In this document: positions 12,597-25,215 of the stretch, piece after piece | Layout: the number at the start of each line of letters is the position of its first letter | Numbering within the stretch: the stretch's first letter is position 1 | From: Azolla caroliniana | Lineage: Eukaryota; Plantae; Polypodiophyta | Length of the DNA stretch: 64,000 nucleotides | Direction of reading: 5' to 3' | NCBI GenBank assembly: GCA_043228905.1 | Contig: JBHGNT010000005.1 | Coordinates: forward strand, 19,778,001 to 19,842,000 | Notes under the pieces: model-generated | What the model saw: the letters and a program-made list of their open reading frames with translations, nothing else | What the model was told of the DNA's origin: nothing | Database searches by the model: none | Made by a program: the position numbers and the translations under genes

Positions 12597-15500
12597 ATGG
12601 AGGCTTCTACAAACTCTTCCACTTTATCAACCTTGTCTGCTCCAATTGATGATACAAATAAGCTTGACAGTTTCTCGGTCCATCTTGGTTCTGAGGAAAT
12701 TACATATATAGAGAGCAGAACAAGTGATAGATCCCTTAAAACTTCGTGGATTCATCGAATAAAGTCTACAGATGATGTATTCTCTAGAAGTTGCTCCCTG
12801 CAAGCATGCGGTCCTGTCAAATGTTCCGAAAAATCATGCAAGGATATAATGCACTGTGTTGAAAATCGAGGTACTGTTTTTTCAAGAAGCGATAGCTTGA
12901 TCAATGAACAAGAAGTCAAATCCTTTTGGAAAGTCACTGCAGGAGCTTCTTTGCATGCAGGAAACATGAATCATGTTGGAGAACAGAAGGAATTCGATGT
13001 TTCGGGTGCATCGGATGTCTTGGATACAGATAATGAGGGGTTGTTAAACAAAGAAAATGCAGGAGTGTTGCGGTCAAGCTTTGGATTTGGCCCTAAACCT
13101 AATCAGCTCTCACACAATTTATGTCAAACCTTTTCTGGTTATAATCCTGATAGTACTAGAGTAGAGATGATTGCACCAATTGGACTGAGAAAACCTCCAA
13201 TGCCACCAGTTTTAAACAAGCTCATGTTTAATCTAAGGCACCCTAGTGAAACGAGTAGAGGATTCTCATTGTGTCCTACCTTAGCTAGTGATTTATGCAT
13301 ACATTCAAATCAGCAAATTTCATGCAATGAATTATTGTTTCAGAAACCACAGGCTGTCATTGGGAAGTCTACTTTAGGTGAACATGTTCATGGGTTAGTA
13401 ATGCCTGACTGCAGCCAAGCACCATCAAGTTCCATGGAAAGAGAAGATTGTGGAAAAGCACCTTCTGAAATTACCTCTTCAATTCTCATGGGGGAAAGAA
13501 GCCATGCAAAAAATAATAATATCATCATAGCAGAAAGTCAGCCTTCTGAAGATTCTTTACCTGATCTGTCTTTAAATGTTTCACATGGTACTATAGGGAT
13601 TAAATCTCGGGAATCATCCAAAAGAATAACTACTAGGTTCAGTGGATTACATGGGAATGCCTTGACTACCCTCAATTTGTTTGTAGAGTCATCAAATGGT
13701 TCCAAAAATGCTGAAGATAAACCATATAATAAAGCACATTATTCAATGGAAAATCACGCAATAGCCAATGAAGGCAAAGCTCTTGTTAGAGACATTGATT
13801 ACGGTCTAATGCTTGGTCTGAATATTGATATCTCTACTTGTGAAATAGGCAAACAGACTCTACCAATGAAAATGCATCTTCAGTCTGAAAACTGTGAGAA
13901 AGTAGCGAAAATAAATACTGAACGTGTATCTCAAATTCTAGATATGAATATGAGCCCCGAGCCTAATGAAAAAGACGAAGATACTTCATATGTTTCTGAT
14001 GGTAAGACAAAATCATTCCATGCATGAGTAAATTCTCATATTCTGGATTGAATTAAAAATATACTCAGGTTCTAAGTTAGAACTCTATTTATGCAGCTTT
14101 TAAAGGAGGGATGGAAGTGGATCTTGATACTTCTGAGAGACTTGAGTCAAATACTGAACATATATCTCTATTTTTGGATATGAATCTGAAGGCCATGCCA
14201 AATGTCATTGACAAACAGACCATAATCGTTCCGCATGGTAAGAAAAAAATTAATTGTATGCAAGAGCAGATTGTCATGCTCATTGTCCGAGCTATAGATA
14301 ATTGTTAATTAGAGTTTAATGGTTTTATTCTCAAGATGGGAGAATGAAAATAAGATCCAAATCCTTTTTGTACAGTATTCTTTTTTAGAACACACATTTA
14401 CACTACTCCACATCAGGGAAAGTAGTACACAATAGTTTCTCCTTGGTATCAGGGATCCCATGGTATAAAATCTGACGATATAAAACTGGATCTGGGCCAT
14501 TTACTTGTCCCATATCCATATTGTCAGTGCTCGTTGTTAATGTTTGCTCTGAAGTGTTCCCTGCTGAAACAAGGCATTTCTGAAGTGAATTGTTCTGGGA
14601 TAGTACTGGTTACTGCAGACCACAATACTAGCTATAGCCATAGATTATTATGGTGGCATGCTCAACAACATATCCATAATCATCCGAGGCCTTTTCTTTT
14701 CTAGGATTCCTTTTCTTGCAACCAAGGAGGATTGGAAGTCATTGTTCAACTTCAGAGGGAAGTCTTCTTGGCTAGGTTTATTATGTATGGGCAAGTCTGC
14801 TAGGATTATTTCTTGCAACCAAGGAGGAGCAGAAATTATTAATTCGACTTCAGGGGAAAGTTTTCTTGGCTAGATTTATTATGCCTGGATTGTTTTCCAG
14901 GGTAACAACCTTGCTAGCCCTTTCTAAAGCTAGCCTACTCTATCCCCCTTATCATGGTAGGAATTGGAAGGCAATGGATGTAGGAGCAGAGGTCTATCTA
15001 TCAAAATTTTTGGGCTAGAGTGAGGTTTTCGCCATCCTTGGGTCACCTCTCAAATAGGTCTCTGTCCAATGCATGTTGTGAATCCAGTGAATGTTTTATT
15101 ATTTCATGAATACTTGCTCATCTGATCCTACTTGTGGGTTCCATATAGTTTTATGATGATCACCGTCTGTATTTAAGGATTACCATGTGTATGTAAGGCT
15201 CGTTCTGAGATTTGAGATCTATATATTTAATGGATGAGCATTTTTGGATGGGGTGTTGCATGTACCACTATCTAAAAGTGATTAAAAATATGTGGAGCTC
15301 AAGGATGGAGTTATGAAGTATTTACCTGTTGAAACATCATGCTTGTCATTTTGCTTATATTAGATTGATCCTGCTTTAAAGCCTTTATGACTGATAAGTA
15401 ATATAGATGACCTCAAAATTATTGTACGTAATAGAGAACATTTTTCTTTATCCTTGGCGGTCAACAATTTTCTTATATTGTATTGCTCAAAAAGTTCCTA

Positions 15501-16274
15501 GGGAAGTATCACATATTCGATGATTCATTCTGCCTTTCAGAAGTTTTCGTGATACTTCTTATATAGATGGCTTTATCTGCAGGAATGTGCAAACAGACAG
15601 TTGGACTGCTGAAAGATCAAGAGCTACAACACTGTAAAGCAGGAAAGTTCTCTTCATCAAATATGATCATCCGCCAACCAAAACTAGCCTTAGATCTTAA
15701 CAAAGAAAACACAGATATAATAAATTCTGATGAGATGGACATATTAAAGACTGCACATGATAATAGACTAAGGACAACAAATATTCTTGGCAAAAGGCGA
15801 CAGGAGAGAGCTGAAGAATATGCTCTCCCAAGGAGAAGAGAGAGGCATAATGTAGTTAGAAGTCAGAAGAATTCAAGCAAACACCAAGTTTGGATTCAAC
15901 GGTGGTATTCAGCTAGAACTCGTAATACAGATATCTCAGATCAGGCTTCTGCTCTTTTCAATGCCATGAAGGAAAAGGATGCTCTCAGATATCTGGCCCT
16001 TGGAGTCAAACAATTCAAAGATGGTGACGTTTGTAGAATATTTGCAGCAAGTACAACAGACATGATCCAGACTTCCACGGATCTTGGGCAAGCATTGGAA
16101 AGTTACGAAATGTCTTATATGAAAAGTTTACCTAGTGCAGCAGCCATGGCTATTGTTGGTACTGCAGCTAGGCAATTCTGTAATAAACAATCTCAGAAGA
16201 AGGGATCTTTCAGTTTTTGGTCAGGTTTTGGTAGTAATGGAAGGTCAAAAACTCAAATGACTGATCATCCATAA
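12597..16274 (+). CDS. Putative PCH1 (photoperiodic control of hypocotyl 1)-like protein, ~745 aa; coding exons 12597-14001, 14097-14237, 15583-16274
   Basis: GT-AG introns join in frame (phase 1 at both junctions, 2238 nt in total); C-terminal WIQRW...LPSAAAMAIVG...KKGSFSFW resembles my recollection of the PCH1-family C-terminus (WIxRW...FPSIAAMALMG...KRGSFVVW); probable 5' UTR intron about 11008-12452. Confidence 0.65.
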
Positions 16275-17562
16275 GTTAATACATCCAAATCCACCTCAGG
16301 TTTACACTTCTTTGTCTATCCATATAAGATTCTGAAGTTGGTATCCCTTGCATAAATCGTTTTGTATTTTTTTCTTTGTACTAGTTATATAGAAGTCCTA
16401 ATAATATATAGATTTTCTCCAGGATGCAGGAGAAGGCTCATATTCTACTATCTCAATGCTGAATATTTTTTTTATTATCTACTATCTTCAGGGCTCTTTT
16501 TGAATCTGGGACTTACCTGTTTTAAATCTAAAAGTAATTGTATAAACGCTTCAGGACATTACCGAAGAAGAAATCTGTTCTTAACCCATGTAGAATATAT
16601 ACCATGTATCCACAAGCTTCATCTCACTTTCTGAAGCTAGTTTTACTTGGACTACTCCAGTTTACACTTTGACTCTTCTGGTTTAGTCTATCGGAAGTTG
16701 TAAAAGGTCCTACTAATGCTAAAAAAGAGCTTATTTCGACTAAAAGAAGTGTTATTGAAAAATAGCATGTTATTGAAAAATAACAGGTCTTCATCTGTAG
16801 TGGTTTTTTTTTCTATAATTATAGCGTCTGTAATATCTTGATATGCAAAAATCCTTGTGCCTGTGGAATATCGAGCTCAGTCCACTTGTAGAAGAATTGC
16901 ATTACAGAGTTCTGTAAGTTCCAAGCCTAAAAGTTTCGTCTGTTTTCGACAAGAGATTGCATTTCTAGTGTTTGAACTTGCGCTTCGTTGGAAGGAGGTC
17001 AAGGGGAGACATTCAGGGGTGCTATGTCACATCTAGCATGTGAACCAACTCTCAAGTTTTGACTTTACAGCCAGGAACGAGGCTTAAGCTCATCCTATTA
17101 CGTCTAGTGTGCCGACATATCTTTAGTTCAAAGAGAGGTTGAAGGACATTTCCAAGTGTGCATTTCTAGTAATGTCACAGTTATGGTGCTCTAGAATTGT
17201 GTAAACTGTTTTTAGAAGGTTCCTTTTGCATTTCCTTTGATAGCCTCTCAGATGTCAGCATACAAATATGATGAAATAAGTCTATACACTTAGACTAACA
17301 CAGTCACTAACAGCCATCCCCACTAGAGCCAGTATCTCATTGCCACCAATCCACAACCCATGGGTGTATATGTATGATCAAAGGTCGTTGATACTGATTA
17401 TTACTCAAATGATTGCGGGAAGGCTTGAACTCCGTAATTTTTATTGATGGAATTCTTTTCATTAAAAATTAATGGGATAAAGTGGTTGTGAGCACGAGGT
17501 GAAAAGTAGCAAATAAACAAGATAAAATGCTTTGTTTCACTTCATGAGGCCTACCTATCAAG

Positions 17563-17890
17563 TACCTAATAAACATGTGTTATTGCCAATTGGTATACAA
17601 TATACAACAAAAGACACCTGCAAAAGAAAAGTTATGCCTCTGAGTACCTAATAAACATCTCTTATTTGTATAAAATATACAGCAGAAGACACTTGCAAAA
17701 GAAAAGTTATGCTGTGAGTTCTCTGTGAATACCTAATAAACATCTCTTATTTGTTAAAAATATACAGCAAAAGACACTTGCAAAATAAAAGTTATGCTAT
17801 GAGTTCTCTGTAAGTACCTAATAAACATCTCTTATATGTATAAAATATATAGCAAAAGACACTTGCAAAAGAAAAGTTATGCTCTGAGTT
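17563..17890. repeat. AT-rich minisatellite, ~80-87-bp unit x4
   Basis: TACCTAATAAACATCTCTTA...AAGACACTTGCAAAAGAAAAGTTATGC recurs four times with variants. Confidence 0.85.
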
Positions 17891-19779
17891 ATTTCTATTC
17901 GGTGCCCTTTGGGAAATAATAATTGCAGCTTTTCCAATGCTGACCTTTCCAAATATCATATCAAAAAGTTGGAACATAAAGGTTCTATTATGAATAACTA
18001 AATGACAAGCTCCCAAATTTGGTTAATGACCAACCATTGTTCTCTTAATTTGGTTAAATGTCATGCTAATGAATATGATTATGCCATTGTTATGAAGATT
18101 GATGGTGATCAGCCAATGCCAATATATTTAGAGAGTGTCAATAAACGATGTGTAGAGGGACCAACTTGCATGCGACATGCCAGAACATTTAAGAATGTTT
18201 GAGATTGTATTCTAGGAATGAAGCATCTTGGTTTTCGTTCCTACTTTATATCATGAAATGTAGCAAGAAACTTGGATTTATCGAGATTTTATTCTAGTGC
18301 AGATGCAAGTCTATGTACATTAAATCTGATTGATGTGTTGTGTTAATGCACATGCGGCCTTTACACTTGGGAAATATTCATAAAGAGCTTATGTTCCACT
18401 TTTGTTTTTTCTAGCAAAATATCTGGTTAAAACTAGAACAAACTACATTTACAAGCACTTTATGGAATATGAGCAAAAGCTTTCGAAGCTCATTCGTTAT
18501 ACTTAACATGCATATTTCTCTTTTTATGTAATGTTGTAGTTATGTTGATTTTCAATGTAAATTATTTGAGATTATGAATGATTTCTCAATGTTCATCCAA
18601 AAGTTGTATCAAATATCTTTATATTATCATTATTGTGGTGGTGATTAGATGGTTTAATAGCTTTCAAACAACCTTTCTTGGATTATCTAGAACATGAATA
18701 ATTGTTTATACATTGTCAATATCTTAGACAAGACAATCATAAATAAAACTTTTGTCGACAAAAGGACACTTTTTGGAGCCAGACTAGCAAACAATTTGCA
18801 AACTTGTGTATTGTAGTCATTAAGGTAAAACATCTTCCATGGAAAGATCTACAATGCATATTTTATATGGTAACCATAAACACGAAGTGATGGCCAAAAC
18901 ACAATTATGAATCTTAGATTGTGGGAATTTTATAAACGAGTTTATATTATTTTATTCAAAAAGTATGGGTAAGGTCTTATATAAATTTTAAATTTGGCTT
19001 TATTGGTGCAAAAAGTAAGCAAATGGTGGTGGTTAATCAAGTGGATGGATCAATGGGAGATTAACTATGTGGTTGGAATAGCATAAGTAAAGCTCAAAAA
19101 GAGGTTGAAGAAGGTGTAGTATAACTAAGAAGGCACAATGAAGGGACTAGGATAAAATAAGTGGATCAAGATTATATTCATTTTTGGATGTTAAAAAATG
19201 TTGGATCAAAGAGAAAGAGGTTATGATAATAATCTTTGGATTGGTCAGGTCATGATTAAGTCTTGATTAATGTCGGGGTTACTTAATCTTCGGTGTCTGA
19301 TCAAGGGCTTGAAAGAGTGCAAGTGACTTGTTATTCCGAGTTCTCACAATGGATTATATATCCAATTCAAGGCATTTAAAACATACTTGAAAGCCTGCAA
19401 TAATTAACATTTTTCATTTTTATCAATGTTTGTAAGGATATACCTGAAAATAGAGCAAGGCAAGGATCCAAACTAGAGCTCTTTGCTTTGTTTTCTTTTC
19501 TTTGACCATGGGAGATAGAAACCATTGAGAGGCAACGTGGGGGTTTTGTTTGAGAATTCCAAGCACATATTGTTTCCTTTGTTCTTCTATTTTGTGGGGT
19601 ATTTTGGGCAAGATGTATGTATGTATACATACTCTATACTTAATAATACATTATATATGTATGTATGCTTGTGCGATCCTTGCAGGACCCAAGGTATGAC
19701 TCACATCAACCCTTGATGATATGAGAGATCGAGGAGGTTCAGGTTTATCTCACATTGTTGCACCATAATTAGTTAGAAT

Positions 19780-20115
19780 CTAACACATGGTCCATTGGTC
19801 TATGTATGATACTCTTAGATTAGGTAACACGTTTAAGTAAATTGCACTCTCATGATGTAATATGAGTCGACTCTTCATGTGCCTCCACGCGTTAAGATTG
19901 AGAGGTGTACCCTTTGTGACACCTTTTAGATCTTCAATCATGACCTTAACTATTCCTAATAAGTCTTTAACCATTAACTGTTCATATGTACCTTTATTGA
20001 ACACTAAATATCTTGGGGAACAAAACATCATGGGATCTATGTTGTCCTCGGTCTCATCAACCTCAGACTCGTTGCTCTCCTCAGATGTAATCAAAGTAAC
20101 TAAATATGATGACAT
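19780..20115 (-). pseudogene. 5' fragment of a second Mutator-like transposase copy
   Basis: DPMMFCSP...GTYEQLMVKDLLG...AWRHMKSRLIL...PNLRVSY aligns with DPFMYCSP...GTYNLMVKDLLG...AWRRMKCRLIL...PNLQVLY at 40624-41109. Confidence 0.8.
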
Positions 20116-20379
20116 TTCCTCTATTTTATCTTACGTCATTGCAAATATAAAATCAACATCTTCCGCGCCACATACGTCTATCATTTAGTTACTTGCATCC
20201 AACATGATCACAATATGAAAATAAGAGCAAGTATAAAATGATATCGATTAGAATCTACTTTGTGATGTGAAATTCTTTAGCAATGAGAAAATGAAATGGT
20301 AAATGTGGATGGGAAAACAATAAATTCTAATCATTGAAACATGTCATTATATGTAGTCAGTCGACTTCTGTAATTTTTC

Positions 20380-20790
20380 CCAGGTTAGTCATTTGATCTG
20401 GGTTAGTGTAGTCGTAGAGTAGAGTTCGCTATAATTGATCCGGGTTATTGGCGAGCTTTGTTAATTGAGTCAGGTTAGTGTGGTCGTGTATTATTGAGTT
20501 GTGTTAGTGTAGTCATAGATTATTGAGCTGGGTTACTGGAAGACAGGATAATTAACATATCCACCAAAATATTTCATATTTTAACATTATAATACACCGT
20601 TCTTTCATATTCATACATAATACACCATATACACCAAAATTTAACACCATAATACACCATGTACACCAAAATTTATCACCATAATACACCATATACACAA
20701 ATTTGTAACACCATAATACACCATATATGCCAAAATTACCACCAGATACACCAAAATGTAACACCATATTTCACCATATACACCAAAAAT
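20380..20790. repeat. Two short-period repeat arrays upstream of the MULE fragment
   Basis: GGTTAGTGTAGTC-type units at 20380-20540; TAATACACCATATACACCAAAAT-type units at 20590-20790. Confidence 0.7.
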
Positions 20791-21229
20791 TTGCTTCTTC
20801 ATTATGACAAAATCACTTTTACAACCCAGATCAGCAAAAATTCATAATTTACAACATGATATGGCCCATATAAGAATTTACATAAGCAAGAGGTAAACTA
20901 TCCGATGTTACAATTTGGGAATTTACAAAGTGGATAGGCAAAATACCATAATTTACAATATGGATAGGCCCAAAACATGGCATACCCATTTGGCCATATT
21001 CATGCGAAGAGGCTCCACGTCTTCATGTCCAAACCAATGCTTAGACCCTTGCCAAATAACAAAATTTAGAAGAACCCATATATGAGAACCACAAACAATC
21101 ACAAAATGTCACTATCAAGATTTGAAACCATATAACCTTTAAACAAGAGTTGACACTTTAACCATCACATCCACTTATTTCAACTAATAAATATGTTTTC
21201 ATATTATTATTATTTAGAGTTATGTTGCC

Positions 21230-22566
21230 ATGCATGTACGCCAAGTTATCACAAAGTTGAACCTTGTTAGGAATTGTGCCCATCGAGCTTGTCGTCGATT
21301 TAGGACTCAAGCGTTTTGAAAGTATGTGAGGTTCTTATGAGGCTTTATAAACAATAATTTGGTGAGGCGAACCTTCCAAGAAGTTACACCATTGCTCAAA
21401 AGAATCAACAATTCTTTGTCATGGATTTCATAATTGATTTCTGTAGGTTAAACTTTCTTGAATGAAATGCAACTGGATGCAATTTCTTATCATGCACTAT
21501 TTGCGATAAAACACTTCCTGTGCCAAATCAGAATCGGTATATGCTTATATCATAAACAACTTTTCTATGTCAACATGGACCAAAATTGGAGTAGATGTAA
21601 ATGCTTGCGTCAAGTTATCAATGCCTCGTTTGCGCTTGATGTCCATACAAATGATCGGTTCTTCTATGTTAGTTCCGTGAGGGGCAAGACAATCTATGAG
21701 TAACTCTTGATGAATTTGTGTTAGAAGTTTGCAAATCTCAAGAAACATTGCACATTGCAAACTAAACCTAGTGTCTTCCAATCTAGAACGGTTTGTACTT
21801 TCTTTGGGTCCATAGGAATACCTTCCGGAGAGACCACATATCCTAGAAATTCCACTTGATTGCGGTCAAGCAACACTTCTCTAGTTTGGCATGAAGACCA
21901 TATTCCTGTAATCGTTGTAGAACTTGTCGAACATGGGTATCGTGGTCCTCCTTTGTCTTCAAGTAGATTAATATGTCATCCAAATGAATTATTGTGAAGA
22001 TATCAAGAAAATATCAAAAGATATCATTTGCCATTATTGAATGGCATTACTATGTACTCAAAGTGACCATATCGTGTGCGAAAAGCAATTTTCCATTCAT
22101 CACTAGGGCGAATGCGAACAACGTTGTAAGTTCCTCATAAGGCTAGCCTCGTGAAGTATTTGGCCCCATTGAGATGTTCCAAGAGATTTTGAATCAATGG
22201 TAGAGCATATCAATTTCGGATAATAACCTTGTTCAAACGTCAATAATCTATGACCAAACATAAAGATCCATCTTTTTTCTTAATGAAAAAAATAGGAGCA
22301 CCATCAGGGGATTGAGAGTGTCAAATAAACCCATTTGTAAGATTCTCATCAATATATTCTCAAAGAACTTTCAATTCTAATGGCGAAAGGTTATAAATTG
22401 GTCCCCATGGTGGTTCTTTCTCGGTATGTAAATCGATGGGACAATCATATGACCAATGATTAGGAAGTGTCTTGACCTTTACCTTATCAAACACATCGGA
22501 GAATTCTTGATAATTTGATGGTAAATGGACCTTAGAATCTTGTGGGTTTGAAAATGGGGTTATGAC
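21230..22566 (-). mobile_element. Degenerate Ty3/Gypsy RT-RNase H remnant
   Basis: EFSDVF...DCPIDL...EPPWGPIYNLSPLEL on the minus strand; [10 protein letters not shown]-like codons near 21270-21300. Confidence 0.8.
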
Positions 22567-22935
22567 TGTCACAAACGAGTAGAATAAAGCAGAACCAAGA
22601 CAAGAATAAGTACTAAGAGAGAGAATATACAAGAGAAAGAGAACAAGAACTCAACTTATGCTTTTGTAACTGGTGTTGTTCACCTTGATTAGAGTCAAGG
22701 TGCACCTGAATATTTATACAAGAAGGTGGAGGTATGCATGCAAGCTAGAAATAGAGAATGCATGAGGATGCATGCAAGGTAGGAAAGTTCTAGTGTTCAA
22801 TCTACAATACATCAAATTGGATTTATCAAAGGATGCATAAATGGATGTAGCTTAGTTGGTAAGGTTGCCGAATGGAGACTAGGAGGTCTTGGGTTCAACC
22901 CTTACCTTCCACAGTGGCGTGACATGTATATGACA
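22567..22935 (-). repeat. 3' LTR (369 bp) of a minus-strand chromovirus
   Basis: TGTCA...TGACA termini; purine tract AAAGAGAGGATAA immediately 5' on the minus strand; TATAAATA on the minus strand near 22715. Confidence 0.75.
22843..22910 (+). other. tRNA-derived A/B-box cassette antisense inside the LTR
   Basis: GTAGCTTAGTTGGTAAGG ... GGGTTCAACCC at tRNA spacing. Confidence 0.6.
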
Positions 22936-22949
22936 TTATCCTCTCTTTA

Positions 22950-24570
22950 AGGCCGCCTCCCAAAACACGCGGCTGGCATTTGTGGGTATCGTTGATGAAA
23001 AGCTAGAGAATTGCCTCTGGAGCATTCTGTAAATGTGTAATATGTTTCTAAGTGGTGTGAATGTGTAATCACAAAATGCGTAATATGTTTCTAAGTGGTG
23101 TGAATGTGTAATCACTTTCTAAGTGGTATCTGAAATGTTTCCATAAGACCAAATATTGAAGTTTTCGACGACGCAAGTGACAGTCGATGATCTGGTCAAC
23201 CTCGTACTCCTCCCCTGTGGATAATTCCACGGGCCATGGGTGGTGATGGAGGAGGTTGGCGTCCCGAAATTTGAGAAGGATGGTAGAGTTCGAGGAGGGA
23301 AATATGGAAAGCATTGTGAATCCTAAATGCTAGGGGAAGCGCTAACCGGAAGGCAACTTGGTTGATTCGCTCGATGATACGGAAGGGGCCTAGCTTTTTG
23401 TAATCTAGTTTCGCATAGGGACGTGTGGTGGTGATGTGGTGACATAGCAGCCAAACCATGTCACTGACTGCAAAGGTCGGCGCGGTCAACTTGATCCTTA
23501 TACTGGTTGCCAGTGACATGGAGCTCAAGGGAAAGGTAACGATGGACATCTTGTAAAGTGCGACCACACATCTTTGCCGACAGATTGATGGAAATCGCAG
23601 GAATGGAAACGTTGAAACGAGGGTGGAACCTATAGTTTGCAAAGAATGGGGAAACCCTAATTGAAGCATGGATACTATTATTCTAGGAAAATTTTTCCAT
23701 TGCAAGAAAATCCACCCAATCCTCTTGTTGGTAGCTGACTGTACATCAGAGGTATTGTGCAAGGATTTGGTTGACTTTTTCAGTTTGGTCATCAGTTTAA
23801 GGATAGTATGCTATTGACAAGTTCATAGAAGTCCCGAATGCCTACAAAAGTCATCGCCAGAAGTGGGAGATAAATTGAGAACCTCGGTTAGAGGTGATGT
23901 CCTCGGGTAGGTCATGTAATCAAACAACATTTTTAAGTAAAAGGTTCGCCATCTCCTCCCCCGAAATGGTTTTGGAACATGGGACAAAGTGAGCCATCTT
24001 TGAAAACCGATCAACAATCACCAACACCATGTCATGACCACCAAAACAAGGGAATCGATAATAAAGTCCATGGGGAGGAAGGCCCAAGGTTGACTTGGAA
24101 TTGGGAGCGAGTGGAGAAGGTCGTATGGCCGATATTCAGCCTCTTTGGAGCGAGCACAGACGTTACATGTCTTGATAAATTCTTTGACAAATTTCCAAGG
24201 TTGGGGCCACCAAATCCCCAAGATAGCAATTCCAGTGTTTTCACGACCTTAAAGTGGCCGACAAGAGGATCATCATGACAGTTTTGTAGTATTCGGGTGC
24301 GACATGATCCTTCTAGAACATAAAGGAGGTGATTACGATATAGTAGCCCATCTCGAGTTGTAAAGTGACTGAGATCAGAGCTTTTCATTTCCTGGGATGG
24401 GTCATTGATGCATGCCATGATTTCGTTAGTGAATGGGTCTGACATGGTTGCCCGGGTGGTCTCGTTGAGCAAGGAATCATCATGCAACATGCAAGTTGCG
24501 AACATCTGGAGTTGATCGGGCCTAACAAACAAAGCGATTACTGAGAATATGCATTGTCTCCGGGGCGTAG
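22950..24570 (-). mobile_element. Chromovirus (Ty3/Gypsy) integrase-chromodomain remnant
   Basis: CHDDPLVGHF (HHCC), PWAFLPMDFI, KLDYKKLGPFRI (GPF motif), IHNAFHISLLE, EEYEVDQII...LQYLVLWK (chromodomain). Confidence 0.9.
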
Positions 24571-24850
24571 TGTCACGAACACACCAACAGTAAATTTGGA
24601 GGGAGCACAGATGATGGGGCTAAGAGCATGGAACTTAAGAAGCTGGGAACGACACAAGAGCATGAAGACAGAGATAAAGATCAAGGAGACAAGATGGGGC
24701 GAAATGAGAATACTAGATTGATGTGTCAATGACTGGTGTTGAATCCCTTGAAAGGGACCAAGGAGGTTACAAGTATATAATAAAAGTCGAAAATTCTTAT
24801 TGATGGAAAAGTTGTTTATCTCAAGTGTTGTTCTTTGGCCCCTAAACCTA
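24571..24850. repeat. Partial LTR of family 'H'
   Basis: Starts TGTCACGAACACACCAAC and matches the reverse complement of 6040-6096; interrupts Gypsy pol. Confidence 0.55.
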
Positions 24851-24949
24851 TTTTTCAAAGATATATTGATTTCTCACTCATAGTGTGAATTATGTTTGTT
24901 GTTTTTCAAAGATATGTCGTTTTCATACATATATTATTTCATAACTATT

Positions 24950-25215
24950 CAGGTCACCCAACCCTCTTAAATATGGTTGTCCAACCTGTTTAAAAAATAT
25001 ATCTTCTTGTAAAACAGTCGCACAACTTGTTTAAATATGGTCGCCCAACCCTCTTAAAAAACATCTCTTCTCATAAACAGGTCGTCCAACCTATTACTCA
25101 TGTTACCCTATAGGTCTCCCAACCCTCGTAATAAACATCTCTCCTCATAAAAGGGTTGCCCAACTTGTTTTAATATGGTCACCCAACCTGATTAATATGG
25201 TCGCCCAACCTGTTT
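24950..25215 (+). repeat. Array of GGTCGCCCAACC-like motifs (DNA-transposon subterminal-type repeats)
   Basis: About 9 degenerate copies of GGT(C/T)GCCCAAC(C/T). Confidence 0.75.
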
